A stretch of 63,576 nt of DNA, counting the filler, from an uncultured Synergistales bacterium (GTDB taxonomy: Bacteria; Synergistota; Synergistia; Synergistales; Aminobacteriaceae): the NCBI GenBank assembly GCA_937897575.1. It is 6 parts of 6 records of this genome, joined end to end, with 100 filler letters (N's around TTAATTAATTAA, not from the genome) between each part and the next. Parts side by side here need not be neighbours in the genome. Positions count along the whole stretch, not along the records: positions 24,831 to 31,915 come from CALCQG010000122.1; positions 32,016 to 46,423 come from CALCQG010000123.1; 4 more parts are not named here. One strand, 5' to 3'. Every line of letters begins with the position of its first letter. The stretch's first letter is position 1. The translations under genes and the position numbers were made by a program. Shown one piece after another: positions 29,388-40,108 of this stretch. Under the pieces are notes generated by a model that had not been told where the DNA came from, made no database searches, and saw only the letters and a list, made by a program, of their open reading frames with translations.

Positions 29388-30625
29388 GGAAGAATCCTCT
29401 TCCAGAGGGACTCCTTCGGTTTTTCCGAGTAGGAGACGGCGAGGAGCGTCCCCTCCTTCAGCTGCGGGGCTCCCTTCGCGGCGACGCTTGTGCCGTCGCT
29501 CAGGCTCGAGCGGAAGGTCACCTTTTCCCCGAGCTGTCCGTTCTCCACCGTCCAGACGGTGGCCGTTGTTCCGGCCAGGTTGCCGTTCCCCGTCTCCTGA
29601 GCGGTCTTCTGCTGTCGCGGGCGGACCGGGGGGGCGAAGGGGGACGATCCGCCGGCGGATGCGGCCGTCTGGCCGCCCGCCTCGGGCGGCGTGAAGCGCA
29701 GAGCCGCCAGAGGGACCTTGAGGACGTCCGTCTCGTGGTTCGTGATGATGGAGACGTTGGCCGTCATGCCGAGCATGAGGGCCAGATCGGGGTTCGCCAC
29801 GGCGATGATCACCGGGTAGGTTACCACGTTGTCCGTTGTGGTGGTGGCGAGGCGGACCTGGCGCACCGTCCCCGTGAAGGAGCGGTTGTCGTAGGCGTCC
29901 ACGGTGAAGCGGACCTCCTGGCCGACCTTCACCCTCGAGATGTCCGCCTCGTCCACGGAGGCCGCGATCTGCATGTCCGACAGGTCCTTGGCGATGGAGA
30001 AGAGGGTGGGCGTGGACAGGCTCGCCGCCACCGTCTGCCCGACGTTGACCTCTCGAGCGATGATGACGCCGTCCTCGGGCGAGACGATCTTCGTGTACCC
30101 GAGATTCGTCCTGGCCTGCTCGAGGGCGGCCTGAAGCTGCTGGACGCTGGCCTGGGCCTGGTCGACGCTGGCTCTGTTCGAGAGGTACGTCGCCTCCGCG
30201 GCGTCCAGATCGGCCCTGGCGATGAGGTCTCTGTTCCAGAGCTGCTTGTAGCGCTGGTACGTCCTGTAGCTCTCGTTGGCCGCCGCCTTGGCCTTGGCCA
30301 CGGAGGCCTGGCCCGAGGCGAGGCTGGCCTGGGACTCCCGGACCCTGGCGGAGAGCACGTCGGGGTCAATGAGGGCGATGACCTCGCCCTTCTTCACCTG
30401 CTGGTTGTAGTCGGCGTAGATCTCCTTGATCGTCCCGGAGACCTGAGTCCCCACGTCCACGATGGTCACGGCGTCCAGGATGCCCGTGGCCGTCACCGAC
30501 GAGACGATGTCCCCCCGCGTGACCTCCACGGTGCGGTAGGTGTACTCCGTCGGCTGCTCCTTCGGCACGAGAAAGTACCAGGCGCCGGCGGCAAGGACGG
30601 CGACAAGAGCGATCCATTTTTTCAT
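29384..30625 (-). CDS. MacA-like periplasmic adaptor (MFP) subunit
   Basis: VGTQVSG, coiled hairpin, [22 protein letters not shown]. Confidence 0.92.
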
Positions 30626-31872
30626 TCCAGTTCCCCTCCCAGTGCCTGCTCCAGTGCGGACAGGGCCGTGCTGTAGTCGTGCAGCGCCTGGACATGGCTG
30701 ACCTTCGCCTCGTTGTAGGCGAGGAGCGCGTCGGTGACCTCCAGGGCGTTCCCCACGCCGGCGTTGTAGCGCCCTTCGGCGAGCTCCAGGTTTTCCGTCG
30801 CCTGGCGGACGAGGAGCTCCGCCACGGGGATCCTCGACTCCGCCTCGCCCACGGCGAGCAGTTTCGTGCGGACGTCGTGGACGGCCGACTGGGTGATCCG
30901 TCTTTCGGCGGCCTCCGTCCCCCGGGACGCGGCCCTGGCCTCGTCCAACTGGTACCGGGTCGTCCCGCCGTCGAAGACGGGGATGGACAGGCTTACGCCC
31001 GCCCGATAGTCGTCGTCCAGAGGGAAGTCGGAGCCCGAGAGCACCGCCGATCCCGAGACGGACGCCGTGGCGGCGTTACCCTTGGCGGCGATGCCGATGC
31101 CGATTCTGTCCATCTCGCTTTTCATCCGGGCGCTTCGCAGATCGGGCCGGTTCTCGAGGGCCCCGGCCAGCGCAGCCTCCTCCGACGGAAGAGGCTGAAC
31201 GGGGCGGAAGGAGGACGACAGCGTCGCCGGGCTCTGAGCTACGCCCATGGCGTTGGCCAGGGTAGCCCAGCCCGAGTGGACGGCCGCCTCCGCCGAGACC
31301 AGGGTCATTTTCGCATTGCTCAGGTCCACCTCGGCCTTCGTCACGTCGAACTTCGGCTTCGTCCCCACCTCGTAGAAGGCCCTCGCCTGGTTCAGATGGC
31401 GCTCGTAGCTCCCGACGGCCTCCCTGGCCTGATCCCGCTTCCGCTCGGCGAGGAGCAGGCCGTAATAGGCCGTCTTCACCGCCGTCCGGACGGAGAGCAC
31501 CGTTCCCCGGGCCGACTCGGAGGCCGAGTCCAGGGAGAGGGCCTGTCGCTTTCTCTGCAGCGTGTTCCGCCCGGAGTCGTAGACCAGTTTGCTCACCGTG
31601 AAGGCGGTGGAGTAGCTCTCGTTGCCGCCGCTCGAGGTCGAGGCCGACAGCGAGGCGTCGCCCTTCACGGCGTTGGAGGTCCTGACCTGCCCGAGGCGGG
31701 CCTCTTCACCGTCGATCGTCGCCCGTGCCTCCTCGAGGGAGGGGTGGTTCGCCTCGGCGACGGCGAGGCACTCCTCAAGGGAGAGAGGAGCGAAAATCTC
31801 CTGAGCCTCCGCCGCCGGAGAGGCGAGAAGAAGAGAAAAAGCCGCGGCGAGTGCGAGAACGGCGCGTCTCAT
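30622..31872 (-). CDS. TolC family outer-membrane efflux protein
   Basis: Signal peptide; two helical repeats, ALENRPDL, LSIPVFDGG, RYNAGVG. Confidence 0.9.
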   Translation of the reverse strand: MRRAVLALAAAFSLLLASPAAEAQEIFAPLSLEECLAVAEANHPSLEEARATIDGEEARLGQVRTSNAVKGDASLSASTSSGGNESYSTAFTVSKLVYDSGRNTLQRKRQALSLDSASESARGTVLSVRTAVKTAYYGLLLAERKRDQAREAVGSYERHLNQARAFYEVGTKPKFDVTKAEVDLSNAKMTLVSAEAAVHSGWATLANAMGVAQSPATLSSSFRPVQPLPSEEAALAGALENRPDLRSARMKSEMDRIGIGIAAKGNAATASVSGSAVLSGSDFPLDDDYRAGVSLSIPVFDGGTTRYQLDEARAASRGTEAAERRITQSAVHDVRTKLLAVGEAESRIPVAELLVRQATENLELAEGRYNAGVGNALEVTDALLAYNEAKVSHVQALHDYSTALSALEQALGGELE

Positions 31873-31915
31873 GTCCGGTATCAACCCCTTCGTTGTCTGC
31901 CTCTATTGTATGCGC

Positions 31916-32015
31916 NNNNNNNNNNNNNNNNNNNNNNNNNNNNNNNNNNNNNNNNNNNNTTAATTAATTAANNNNNNNNNNNNNNNNNNNNNNNNNNNNN
32001 NNNNNNNNNNNNNNN
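31916..32015. other. Artificial contig linker
   Basis: N-run with TTAATTAATTAA. Confidence 0.97.
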
Positions 32016-33735
32016 TCTCCCGCCACGCCGGGTGCCGGAGGAGCAGATCGTCCCGCTGTCGTCTCAGCGTTCTCAGGGTCCGCTTCATATCCGCGGCGGA
32101 GCCGCCGAGGGACGCGGAGAGCCGGGCCTCCTCCACGGCGATTCGCTCGTCGAGGCAGCGGGCGCGCTCCTGTCGCTCGTCGAGCTCCTCCATCGCCCGC
32201 GCGCCCCAGGCCTCCAGAAAAGCGGCACAGGCCGCCCGGGCCGATTCGAGGGCCTCTTTCCGCTCCCCGGCGTCGGCGCCGGGGATGGAGGCGCGGATCG
32301 TCCCGACGGACTCGATCTCCAGGGCCACCTTGGGGGCGTTCTCGAAGGTGATGATCTCGCCGGGTTGCACCGTGTGGATCTCGTCGTCCCCGCCGTCCAG
32401 CTCTCGGATCGTCGTCCGCTCGATGGGCTCGAAGTCCACCGTCACGGACAGGGCCTCCATCCGGGCCTGAGCACTCTGAAGCGCCTTCTGGAGAGCCCGT
32501 GCCCGAGCCATCTCCTCCTTCGGCGGGAGGAGGATCTTCTTTCGCTCCTGAAGGAACTCGGCAATCTTCTTCTCCATGGCGTCCCCTTCGCGGACGGCCT
32601 CCTCGCTCCGGGCGATCTCCCGAGCAAGGGCAAAGAACCCCTCGACCTCCTGCCGCTCGTCCTGCGCCCCTTCAAGGGCTTTCCGTTCGCTCTCGAGTTT
32701 CTTTTCGCCCTTCGACGCCTCGGCGCAGGCCGCCTCGCCCCTCCGAACGGCGTCCTCCATGCCGGGCAGGGCGGCTTCGAGACTCTTCAGCTCCTCGTCC
32801 GCGCGCTCCAGGTCCGACCGGCACCCCTCGATGGCGCGGAGCCTCTCCGCCGCCACGCCGTGCTGCAGTTCGAGCGCCCTCGCCGCGCCTTCGCGGTCGC
32901 GGCGCTCCCGAAGAAGCTCCTCGTACTCCGCCGCACGGCTCTCCGCCGCCCTCCGCCGCTTCGTCCCCTCGGCACAGGCCGCCTCCAGAACCCCGACGGT
33001 TTCCCGCAGCTTCGCGACTTCGTCGGCCAGGGCGTTGAACTCGTCGTACTCACGAACGCTAGCCGCAAGCTCCGCCTCTTTCCTCGTGCGCTCCTCGGAG
33101 AGGGCGGCCAGGGGCGAGGCTCTGCCCGTGGTCGTCCGCTTCACCCTGCCCGTCTCGGTGAAGAAGTAGCCGTACCGGTCGTCCAGCCTCCGTTCGAAGG
33201 TCGCCGCCTGTTCGTCGACCACCTGGTCGGAGAGGGCCGCCTTGACGGCGGCGAGGGTATCGGCGCTCATGTCCTTCAACGGGAGTTCCCCCTGGGGAAC
33301 CCACAGGACCTGGAGCAGCCCCCAGTCCGAGGGCGGCGCTCCCCTGCCCGAGGGGGAGGGCACAAAGAGGTCCCGGACCCTCCTGTCCGCCGCCGGCCCC
33401 TCGGCCAACGGCAGGTACTCCCCTCCCTCCTGCCGGGAGAGCCTGGACATGGGGGCATCGAGAAAGCGCTTTTCGACCCGGTACTCCGTCCCGTCGTGGA
33501 AGAAATCCACGAAGACCTCCGGCGCAAGGGCCCGCCCCCAGGGTTGAACGGCCATGGCTCGTGCGCTCTTCGTGTTGTGGCTCTCGAGGAGCGCCATCCG
33601 AAGGGCCTCGAAGAGCGAGGACTTGCCCGTCCCGTTGGGCGCGTGGACGATGGTGATCCCCTCGCCGAAGGGGCCCAGTGACAGCTCTCCGAGGATGCTC
33701 CGCCAGTGGCGGAGCCGGATCGATCGGAGCAGCAC
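32016..33735 (-). CDS. SMC/Rad50-like coiled-coil ATPase (YhaN/SbcC-like), 3' truncated
   Basis: Walker A APNGTGKSS, LWVPQG (Q-loop-like), long coiled coil; coupled to the upstream nuclease. Confidence 0.8.
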
Positions 33736-33738
33736 GGC

Positions 33739-34818
33739 CTAGACCTCCCGGACCATGGCGTACAGCTCGGTCAGCGCCCTGGTTTTCACGGCCTCGGGGG
33801 CGTCGCACGACTGAAGGCGCCTCACCGTCTCGCGAAGCAGCCCCGACTGCAGCAGGTCGACCCATCGGTCGTCCGAAGGCGACGGCGCCGTCCCGTCGTC
33901 CAGAGACCACCAGAAGAACCGGCTCTCAAGGGCCCCGATCTCGTCGAGAAGCGCCCTTCCGTCGGCGGGAAGCACCCCCGAGAGGGACAGGGCCATGAGC
34001 GTCCGATCGGGGGCCTCCACTCCGTCGATTCTCGCCTTGATGCCCTCGAGATCGGCCCTGTCGTGCACCTCCGCCGTCACGGCCCGCCACAGAAAGTGCC
34101 CTACGGACTTCTCCTCAACCAGAGGGGCGGCGCCCCGGTGCGGTATGGTGACGATCAGAACTTTGCCCGCCCTCTCCTCGCCGAACTTCGTCGCCTCGTG
34201 GGCTCCGGCGTAGGCCATACGGCACGCCCCTCCACCGTCGTCGAATCTGGCACAGGAGTGCCAGTGCCCAAGGGCGAGATAGTCGAGCCCGGAGCGTTCG
34301 GCCGCGCCCCTCGGGATGGGGTTGTCCCACTCCTCGATGGGGCACCCCTCCACGGAGCCGTGGGCGAGGCCGATGGCGACGGCATCGCCTTCGGCGCGGA
34401 TCCACGACGTGGGGTCGGCAGCGGATGCCCTGCTCGTCAGGGGGCAGGGGTAGAGGACACCCTTCGGGACCTCGACGGGGTGCGCCTCCGTCACAATGTG
34501 CACGTTGAGGAGCGCTGAGAGGGCCGGGTGTGTCCAAAGGGAACCGGGGACGAAGGGGTCGTGGTTTCCGGGGATGATGTACAGGGGGCATGGAGCCGTC
34601 CTGAGGAGATCCGCCGTCCGCTGCACGAGCTGCCTGTCCACGGCGTTGTCGTCGAAGAGGTCGCCGGCGTGGAGGATGAAGTCCACGCCGGCCTCCTTCG
34701 CCTGTTCGAGGACGGCCTTTCCCGTTCTGAAACGCTGTTCCCGTATGGCCTCGCCCGCACGGCCCAGGGCCTTCGCCCGAAGGCCGATATGCCAGTCTGC
34801 CGTATGAAGGAAACGCAT
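33739..34818 (-). CDS. Mre11/SbcD-like metallophosphoesterase (DNA repair exonuclease, YhaO-like)
   Basis: HTADWH, AGDLFD, PGNHD, AHGS, ALGHWH. Confidence 0.9.
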   Translation of the reverse strand: MRFLHTADWHIGLRAKALGRAGEAIREQRFRTGKAVLEQAKEAGVDFILHAGDLFDDNAVDRQLVQRTADLLRTAPCPLYIIPGNHDPFVPGSLWTHPALSALLNVHIVTEAHPVEVPKGVLYPCPLTSRASAADPTSWIRAEGDAVAIGLAHGSVEGCPIEEWDNPIPRGAAERSGLDYLALGHWHSCARFDDGGGACRMAYAGAHEATKFGEERAGKVLIVTIPHRGAAPLVEEKSVGHFLWRAVTAEVHDRADLEGIKARIDGVEAPDRTLMALSLSGVLPADGRALLDEIGALESRFFWWSLDDGTAPSPSDDRWVDLLQSGLLRETVRRLQSCDAPEAVKTRALTELYAMVREV

Positions 34819-35107
34819 GGCGACCACCCCTTCGTGAATATGTCGACAGATCGAGCCGCCGGGTCCGCGAACCCCGTCACCCGCAACCGCCGGACGGCAC
34901 CACTATATCATTTCCCATCCCCGCCGGTTGGAACGACGGCCCTGCCCGCGCTTTCGCCTCAGGCTCTGCGGAACGAAAAGAGCCTTCTCACGTTCATCTT
35001 CCCGCCTCGACGCTGTACAATAATTATACGGGATGTCCGGGTGCGCGGAGACGGACCCGTTCGTCATATCCCGATCCACTGTCCATATCAAAGGAGGCTA
35101 CGACAGG

Positions 35108-35806
35108 ATGAAAAAAATTCTGGCAGGGCTCGCGCTCGCTCTCCTCGTCGCCGCACCGGCCGGCGCCGACGCGCTCTACACCGTCACCCTTCGGAACGTC
35201 ACCGTCGCCCAGACGCAGGATGTGATCCTTGACGTCATGACGAACCACAAGTTCACCATCGAGGACGTGGACCCCTACAGGATCACCTTCATGAAGACCT
35301 TCAGCGACGTCTTCATGGGCGGCGCCCGGGTCACCCGGTCGAAGTTCAACCTCCTGCAGCGGGACGACAACGTCAAGATGATCGTCAGCCAGGTCGACGA
35401 CCTGGGGACGATGAGGCAGGCCCGCTCCATCGATCACCTGATCCCCTACATCAAGGAGATCAAGAACCGTCTCGACGGCACACCTCTCGACCAGATCGTG
35501 AACGAGACGAACGACGGTGCGGCGCCGACCAGGCCGAAGATCGAGACGCTCGGCATCGTGATGGGAGAAAGGACGCCACGAGGGGTTGCGATCCAGGCTG
35601 TAGCCGAGGGCAGCAGGGCCGAGACCGCCGGACTCATGGCCGGGGACGTCGTGACGGAGATCAACGGCCGCTCCGTGGCGGATTTCCAGCCTCAGGCGCT
35701 TCAGCAGTTCATCGAGGAGAAGGATGGGGCGAAGGGAACGCTCTATGTCGGCTTCCTGCGGGACGGCACACTCAAACTCGCGGTGATACCGGACAAGGCG
35801 CAATAA
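35108..35806 (+). CDS. Exported PDZ-domain protein
   Basis: AAGGAGG RBS; signal peptide MKKILAGLALALLVAAPAGA; PDZ LGIV..VAEGSRAETAGLMAGDVVTEING. Confidence 0.8.
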   Translation: MKKILAGLALALLVAAPAGADALYTVTLRNVTVAQTQDVILDVMTNHKFTIEDVDPYRITFMKTFSDVFMGGARVTRSKFNLLQRDDNVKMIVSQVDDLGTMRQARSIDHLIPYIKEIKNRLDGTPLDQIVNETNDGAAPTRPKIETLGIVMGERTPRGVAIQAVAEGSRAETAGLMAGDVVTEINGRSVADFQPQALQQFIEEKDGAKGTLYVGFLRDGTLKLAVIPDKAQ

Positions 35807-35935
35807 AAGCCGCCCCGCCGCGAGCTCGTCTCGAGGGCTTCCGGACGGGAGTCGCTCCTTGAAGGGCAAAAGAGGGCGTGCTTTTCGCCCCTTCGTGTTA
35901 GAATATTGCAATCTAGAAATGGAGGATGATACCTT

Positions 35936-36166
35936 ATGGAGAAAAGAACGCTCGAACTTCAGCTGCCGGAGGAGCTGGTGGATCAGCTCCAGTTGATTGC
36001 CAACAACGACAACCGTATCCTCGAAAACCAGGCCATTTTCTTCCTGAAAGAGGCCATCGAGCAGTACAAGGCGCGATACGACATCGAGTACAACCACGAC
36101 GAGAAGACCTTCACCGTCATCCCGCACGTTTCGTCGCGCATCAGGGAGCGCTTCGACCTCGAGTAG
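35936..36166 (+). CDS. Small ribbon-helix-helix (Arc/CopG-like) DNA-binding protein
   Basis: TLELQLPEELVDQLQLIANNDNR..NQAIFFLKEAIE beta-alpha-alpha pattern; GGAGG RBS; coding-like codon use. Confidence 0.7.
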   Translation: MEKRTLELQLPEELVDQLQLIANNDNRILENQAIFFLKEAIEQYKARYDIEYNHDEKTFTVIPHVSSRIRERFDLE

Positions 36167-36317
36167 CGACCGCAGGAAGACCTGTCCAACGCGAGCCGGA
36201 GGCATCGGCCTCCGGTTCGGAGCCCGAGGGGTCTCGCAGAGATGCCCTGAAGTCGAGGGCGGCCAGCGACCCCAGGCAGACGGAATACCTTTTCCGCGAC
36301 GTTTTTATTGTCCTCGA

Positions 36318-37256
36318 TTATTTTTCCCGTTCCTCATAGGTCTGCTGCCGAATCCGGATCAGGTTTGCCAGGCAGAGATTCACTGGCGTAGGAACTCCGA
36401 GCCGTTTTCCCTCATCCACGATGGCCCCGTTGATCACATCGATCTCCGTCTGCCGCTCCGCCGACACGTCCTGAAGCATGGACGATCGGTTCGCCGCCGT
36501 CCGTCGGGCAACGTCCCTCGTATGCGCCACCGGGTCCTCCGCCTCGACGCGGATTCCCTTGCGCTCCGCCACGGCCATGGCTTCACGGACCGCTGCCTCG
36601 AGCAGTTCGTCGGCCTCGGGCAGTTCGACGAGGCGTCCGTTTTTCAACCCCGTCACGGCCGTCAGGGCGTTTATGCCCACATTGACCAGCAGTTTGGCCC
36701 AGATCATCCCGAGCACGTTGGACGACGTTTTGACCGAGAAGCCTGCCCGGCCGAAGAGCGCCGCGATGCGGGCCAGCCTGTCCGTGGCGCTGCCGTCCAA
36801 CTCCCCGAGGATCGTATCCCCCGTCCCCGCATGACGGATCCGCCCGGGCCCAAGGATGTTGCATCCGTGCCCCGTGATGCCCGCCAGGACTCTGGATGCC
36901 CCTGCGACATCCGACAGCTTCTCCGCATTGCCGAGGCCGTTCTGCAGGGTCAGGACCGCCGTGTCCGGCCCGAGAAGGCACCGCGCCCCCTCCATGGCCG
37001 CCTTCGTCATCGTGGCCTTCACGAACACGAGCACCAGGTCCGCCTCTCCAGCCTCCCGGGGGTCGGTCACACCCCGAAGAGACCGTACCACTCTGTCCCC
37101 GCTCACGCCCTCAATGATGAGGCCGTCGCGGTTCACCGCATCCATGTGCTCCTTCCACACATCGACCAGCGTGACGGGGACCCCCGCCTCGGCGAGCATC
37201 CCTCCGTAGAGGGACCCCATCGCGCCGGAACCGAGAATCACTACTCTGTCGGCCAT
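36318..37256 (-). CDS. panE: 2-dehydropantoate 2-reductase
   Basis: GSGAMG, LQNGLG, WAKLLVN..IN, SSMLQD, TEIDVING. Confidence 0.93.
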   Translation of the reverse strand: MADRVVILGSGAMGSLYGGMLAEAGVPVTLVDVWKEHMDAVNRDGLIIEGVSGDRVVRSLRGVTDPREAGEADLVLVFVKATMTKAAMEGARCLLGPDTAVLTLQNGLGNAEKLSDVAGASRVLAGITGHGCNILGPGRIRHAGTGDTILGELDGSATDRLARIAALFGRAGFSVKTSSNVLGMIWAKLLVNVGINALTAVTGLKNGRLVELPEADELLEAAVREAMAVAERKGIRVEAEDPVAHTRDVARRTAANRSSMLQDVSAERQTEIDVINGAIVDEGKRLGVPTPVNLCLANLIRIRQQTYEEREK

Positions 37257-37391
37257 GCCGACCACCTCCTGATTCCTGTTCGATCAAATACCTATCGTCT
37301 TGGACCTTCCTGCGGCGCTTCGCTCACTTTCCCGCCGCCGGAAGGGTCCGTATGGAACAGATCTCCGGCCGGAGGATGTCTGCGATGCCCT

Positions 37392-38183
37392 CTACGAATC
37401 AGCAGCTCCGTCAAAGCCGAGGGACCGCGAGAAACTTTCCGACGCCTCCAGCAGAAGGGGCAGCACGTTGTTCCGCCTCTCGTCTCCGTCGGGGTAGAGG
37501 AATTTCGGCAGGGCGACGCTCATGGCCGCCACGACCTCCCCCGTCCGGCCGCGCACCGGGGCGGCTATGCAGACGAGCCCCTCGATGTACTCCTCGTTGT
37601 CGACGGAGTAGCCCTGTTTGCGGACGGTCCGCAGGCTTTCCTCCAGCGCTTCGCAGGTGACGATGGTGTTCTGCGTGAAGCGACGCTTCGGAAAGGGCGC
37701 GAGCAGCTCGTGGACTTTCTCGCCGGGCATCCAGGCCAGAAGGACCTTACCGAGCCCCGTGCAGTAGGCGGGCAGTCGCTTCCCCACGGACAGGTCGACC
37801 TTGATGGTGGATCGGCTTTCGATCTTGTCGATGTAGATAACGCCGTCTCCGTCGAGGATGGCGAGGTTGACCGCCTCGTTGGTCCTGGTCGAAAGGTCGC
37901 GGAGGAAAGGCGCTCCCTGCTGGCGGAGACCGTGACGCTTCACGACGGTATTGCCCATCTCGAAAAACCGGAAACTCAGGGCATACTTGGCGTTGCCCGG
38001 GTTCTGCGCAAGATACCCGAGGTTTCTCAGCGTCGAAACGATGCGGTGCGCAGTGCTCCGCTCGAGGCCGAGGGCGCGGCCGATCTCCGACACGCCCATC
38101 TCGCCCCGCTCATCAAGGAGGTCCAGCACCGTACAGGCTCTCTCGATGGACTGAATTCCGCCCCTCTTATCCTTCGGCTCCAT
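37392..38183 (-). CDS. IclR family transcriptional regulator
   Basis: IQSIERA, HTH LERSTAHRIV, PAYCTGLGK, GYSVDNEE, CIAAPV. Confidence 0.93.
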   Translation of the reverse strand: MEPKDKRGGIQSIERACTVLDLLDERGEMGVSEIGRALGLERSTAHRIVSTLRNLGYLAQNPGNAKYALSFRFFEMGNTVVKRHGLRQQGAPFLRDLSTRTNEAVNLAILDGDGVIYIDKIESRSTIKVDLSVGKRLPAYCTGLGKVLLAWMPGEKVHELLAPFPKRRFTQNTIVTCEALEESLRTVRKQGYSVDNEEYIEGLVCIAAPVRGRTGEVVAAMSVALPKFLYPDGDERRNNVLPLLLEASESFSRSLGFDGAADS

Positions 38184-38252
38184 GCCGCTCTCTCCCCCTG
38201 ATACAAAGGATTCGGGTGGGCGATGACGTTGTCGTCATCGCACGCCCACGGA

Positions 38253-39749
38253 CTACAGGCCCCAGAAGAGCCGGATGACCCTCTCCGACGGTTTTCTGGT
38301 CATCTTCGCCACGACGATGAAGGCGAGCAGCGAGAGCACCAGCGACGGCACGATGGGGTGCAGTCCGATCGGCCTCGGCAGGAAGTAGTTGAAGTACAGA
38401 TAGGCGCCGATGCCTGCCAGCATGCTGGCAATAGCCCCCTGCGCGTTGGCCCTCTTCCAGTACAGCCCCAGGATCGTGGGCCACAGGAAGGTGGAGAGCT
38501 GTCCCGCCGTGGCGAAAAGGTTGAGCCACACCATGAGCTCCGGCGGATTGAAGGCCAGCGCGACGATGATCACCCCTACGACGAAGCAGGTAACCACGGT
38601 GATGGTGCGCAGGGTTCTGAACTGCTCCTTCAGCTCCGGCTTGACGTAGTTGACGAGCAGGTCGTTGACGATGGCAGCTACGACCACCAACAGCTGGGAG
38701 TCCACGGTGGACATGACCGCCGCCAGTGGGCCGGCGAGGACCAGCCCTGCCACCACCGGATGGAACAGGGTGGTGATGAGAGTGGGGATGACCAGGTCGC
38801 CGGACTGGATGCCCGACACCTGGGTGACGCCGAAGGCGCCGGCGAGGTGCATGCCCAGCAGCAGCACGATGGAGACCACCGTCCCGTAGATAATACCCGA
38901 GTGGAGGCTTTTGGAATCCTTATAGCTCATGGCCCGCTGCGCGACGGCAGGGAGTCCCACGACGGCGAAGCCGACAAGCACCCAGAAGCTCGAGACCCAC
39001 GGCACGGTCATGAATCCCTCTTTGACGCCGTAGGGTGAAATCATGCCCGGATTGACGGCCTTCATGTCCTGGACGATGTTCGCGATGCCCCCGCCCTTCG
39101 TGACGATGGCGATGAAGAGCGCTAAGGTGGAGAGGGTCATGACCATCCCCTGGAGGGTGTCGTTGAAGACCACTCCCCTGAATCCACCGATGGCCGTATG
39201 GACCACCACCGTCGCCGCGAAGAAAAGCAGGGCCGTCTTGTAGTCGAGCCCCGTGGAGCCCTGGAGCAGCCGGGACGCCCCGATGAGCTGGGCGGCCATG
39301 GCCGCTATGAGGAAAAAGATGATGGACAGCGACGCGATGACGAGCACCGCGTTGCTCTCGTAGCGGGCCCGAAGGAAGTCGCTGATGGAGTAGGCCCCCG
39401 TCTTTCTGGAGACGATGGCGAACTTCTTGCCCAGCACCATCAGGGTGTAGTACCCCGTGGGGATCTGGGCCATGGCCAGGAAGACCCAGGCAAGGCCGTG
39501 GGTGTACGCCGTACCGGGTCCGCCGATGAAGCTGCCGGCGCTCAGATAGGTGGCCACCAGGGTCATGGCCAGCACGAAGCCTCCGGTGCCGCGCCCGCCG
39601 GTCATGTACTCCTCCATATACGCCGCGCCGCTCCCTCCTCTGCGGCGGCTGGCCTTGTTCACCAGGTCCATGGCGTAGAAGCCGATGAAGTACATGACCG
39701 CGAAGTAGCAGACGATGGGGAGAAGCGTGGACCACTGCACCGCGTTCAT
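38253..39749 (-). CDS. panF: Sodium/pantothenate symporter (SSS family)
   Basis: GGFVLAMTLVATYLSAGSFIGGPG, FLRARYES, RAMSYKDSKSLH, AAVMSTVDSQL; preceded by yhdT. Confidence 0.9.
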   Translation of the reverse strand: MNAVQWSTLLPIVCYFAVMYFIGFYAMDLVNKASRRRGGSGAAYMEEYMTGGRGTGGFVLAMTLVATYLSAGSFIGGPGTAYTHGLAWVFLAMAQIPTGYYTLMVLGKKFAIVSRKTGAYSISDFLRARYESNAVLVIASLSIIFFLIAAMAAQLIGASRLLQGSTGLDYKTALLFFAATVVVHTAIGGFRGVVFNDTLQGMVMTLSTLALFIAIVTKGGGIANIVQDMKAVNPGMISPYGVKEGFMTVPWVSSFWVLVGFAVVGLPAVAQRAMSYKDSKSLHSGIIYGTVVSIVLLLGMHLAGAFGVTQVSGIQSGDLVIPTLITTLFHPVVAGLVLAGPLAAVMSTVDSQLLVVVAAIVNDLLVNYVKPELKEQFRTLRTITVVTCFVVGVIIVALAFNPPELMVWLNLFATAGQLSTFLWPTILGLYWKRANAQGAIASMLAGIGAYLYFNYFLPRPIGLHPIVPSLVLSLLAFIVVAKMTRKPSERVIRLFWGL

Positions 39750-40087
39750 ACCCGTCCCCCTCCGTTCCGCACGAACTCCTCGGCCTCCTCCGCCGTCATC
39801 GGGTCGAGGGGCATGTCGCGCATCTTCTTCTTCACGATGTACACCGTCGCCGCGATGGCGAAGACGGAGTTGACGATGCAGCTCACGAAAAACCACGTCG
39901 GGAAGCCCATGATGTAGGAGTAGCTCTCCACAGGGCCGCTCCCGAGGCCGTACCCCGCCACCGCCCAGATGACCAGGTTGACCAGCCCGAGGACGACGCC
40001 GTACCAGGCCTCCTTCTCGCACTCCCTGTAGCGGGGGTCCTCGGTAAATCCGAGCTCGTTCGTTTCAAGAAACCGCTTCTCCTCCAT
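39746..40087 (-). CDS. YhdT/DUF997 family small membrane protein
   Basis: DPRY..CEKEA, two TM helices, GFPTWF..SC, MPL; canonical panF partner. Confidence 0.85.
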   Translation of the reverse strand: MEEKRFLETNELGFTEDPRYRECEKEAWYGVVLGLVNLVIWAVAGYGLGSGPVESYSYIMGFPTWFFVSCIVNSVFAIAATVYIVKKKMRDMPLDPMTAEEAEEFVRNGGGRV

Positions 40088-40108
40088 GATGCCGGTCCTC
40101 CCTCCCGC

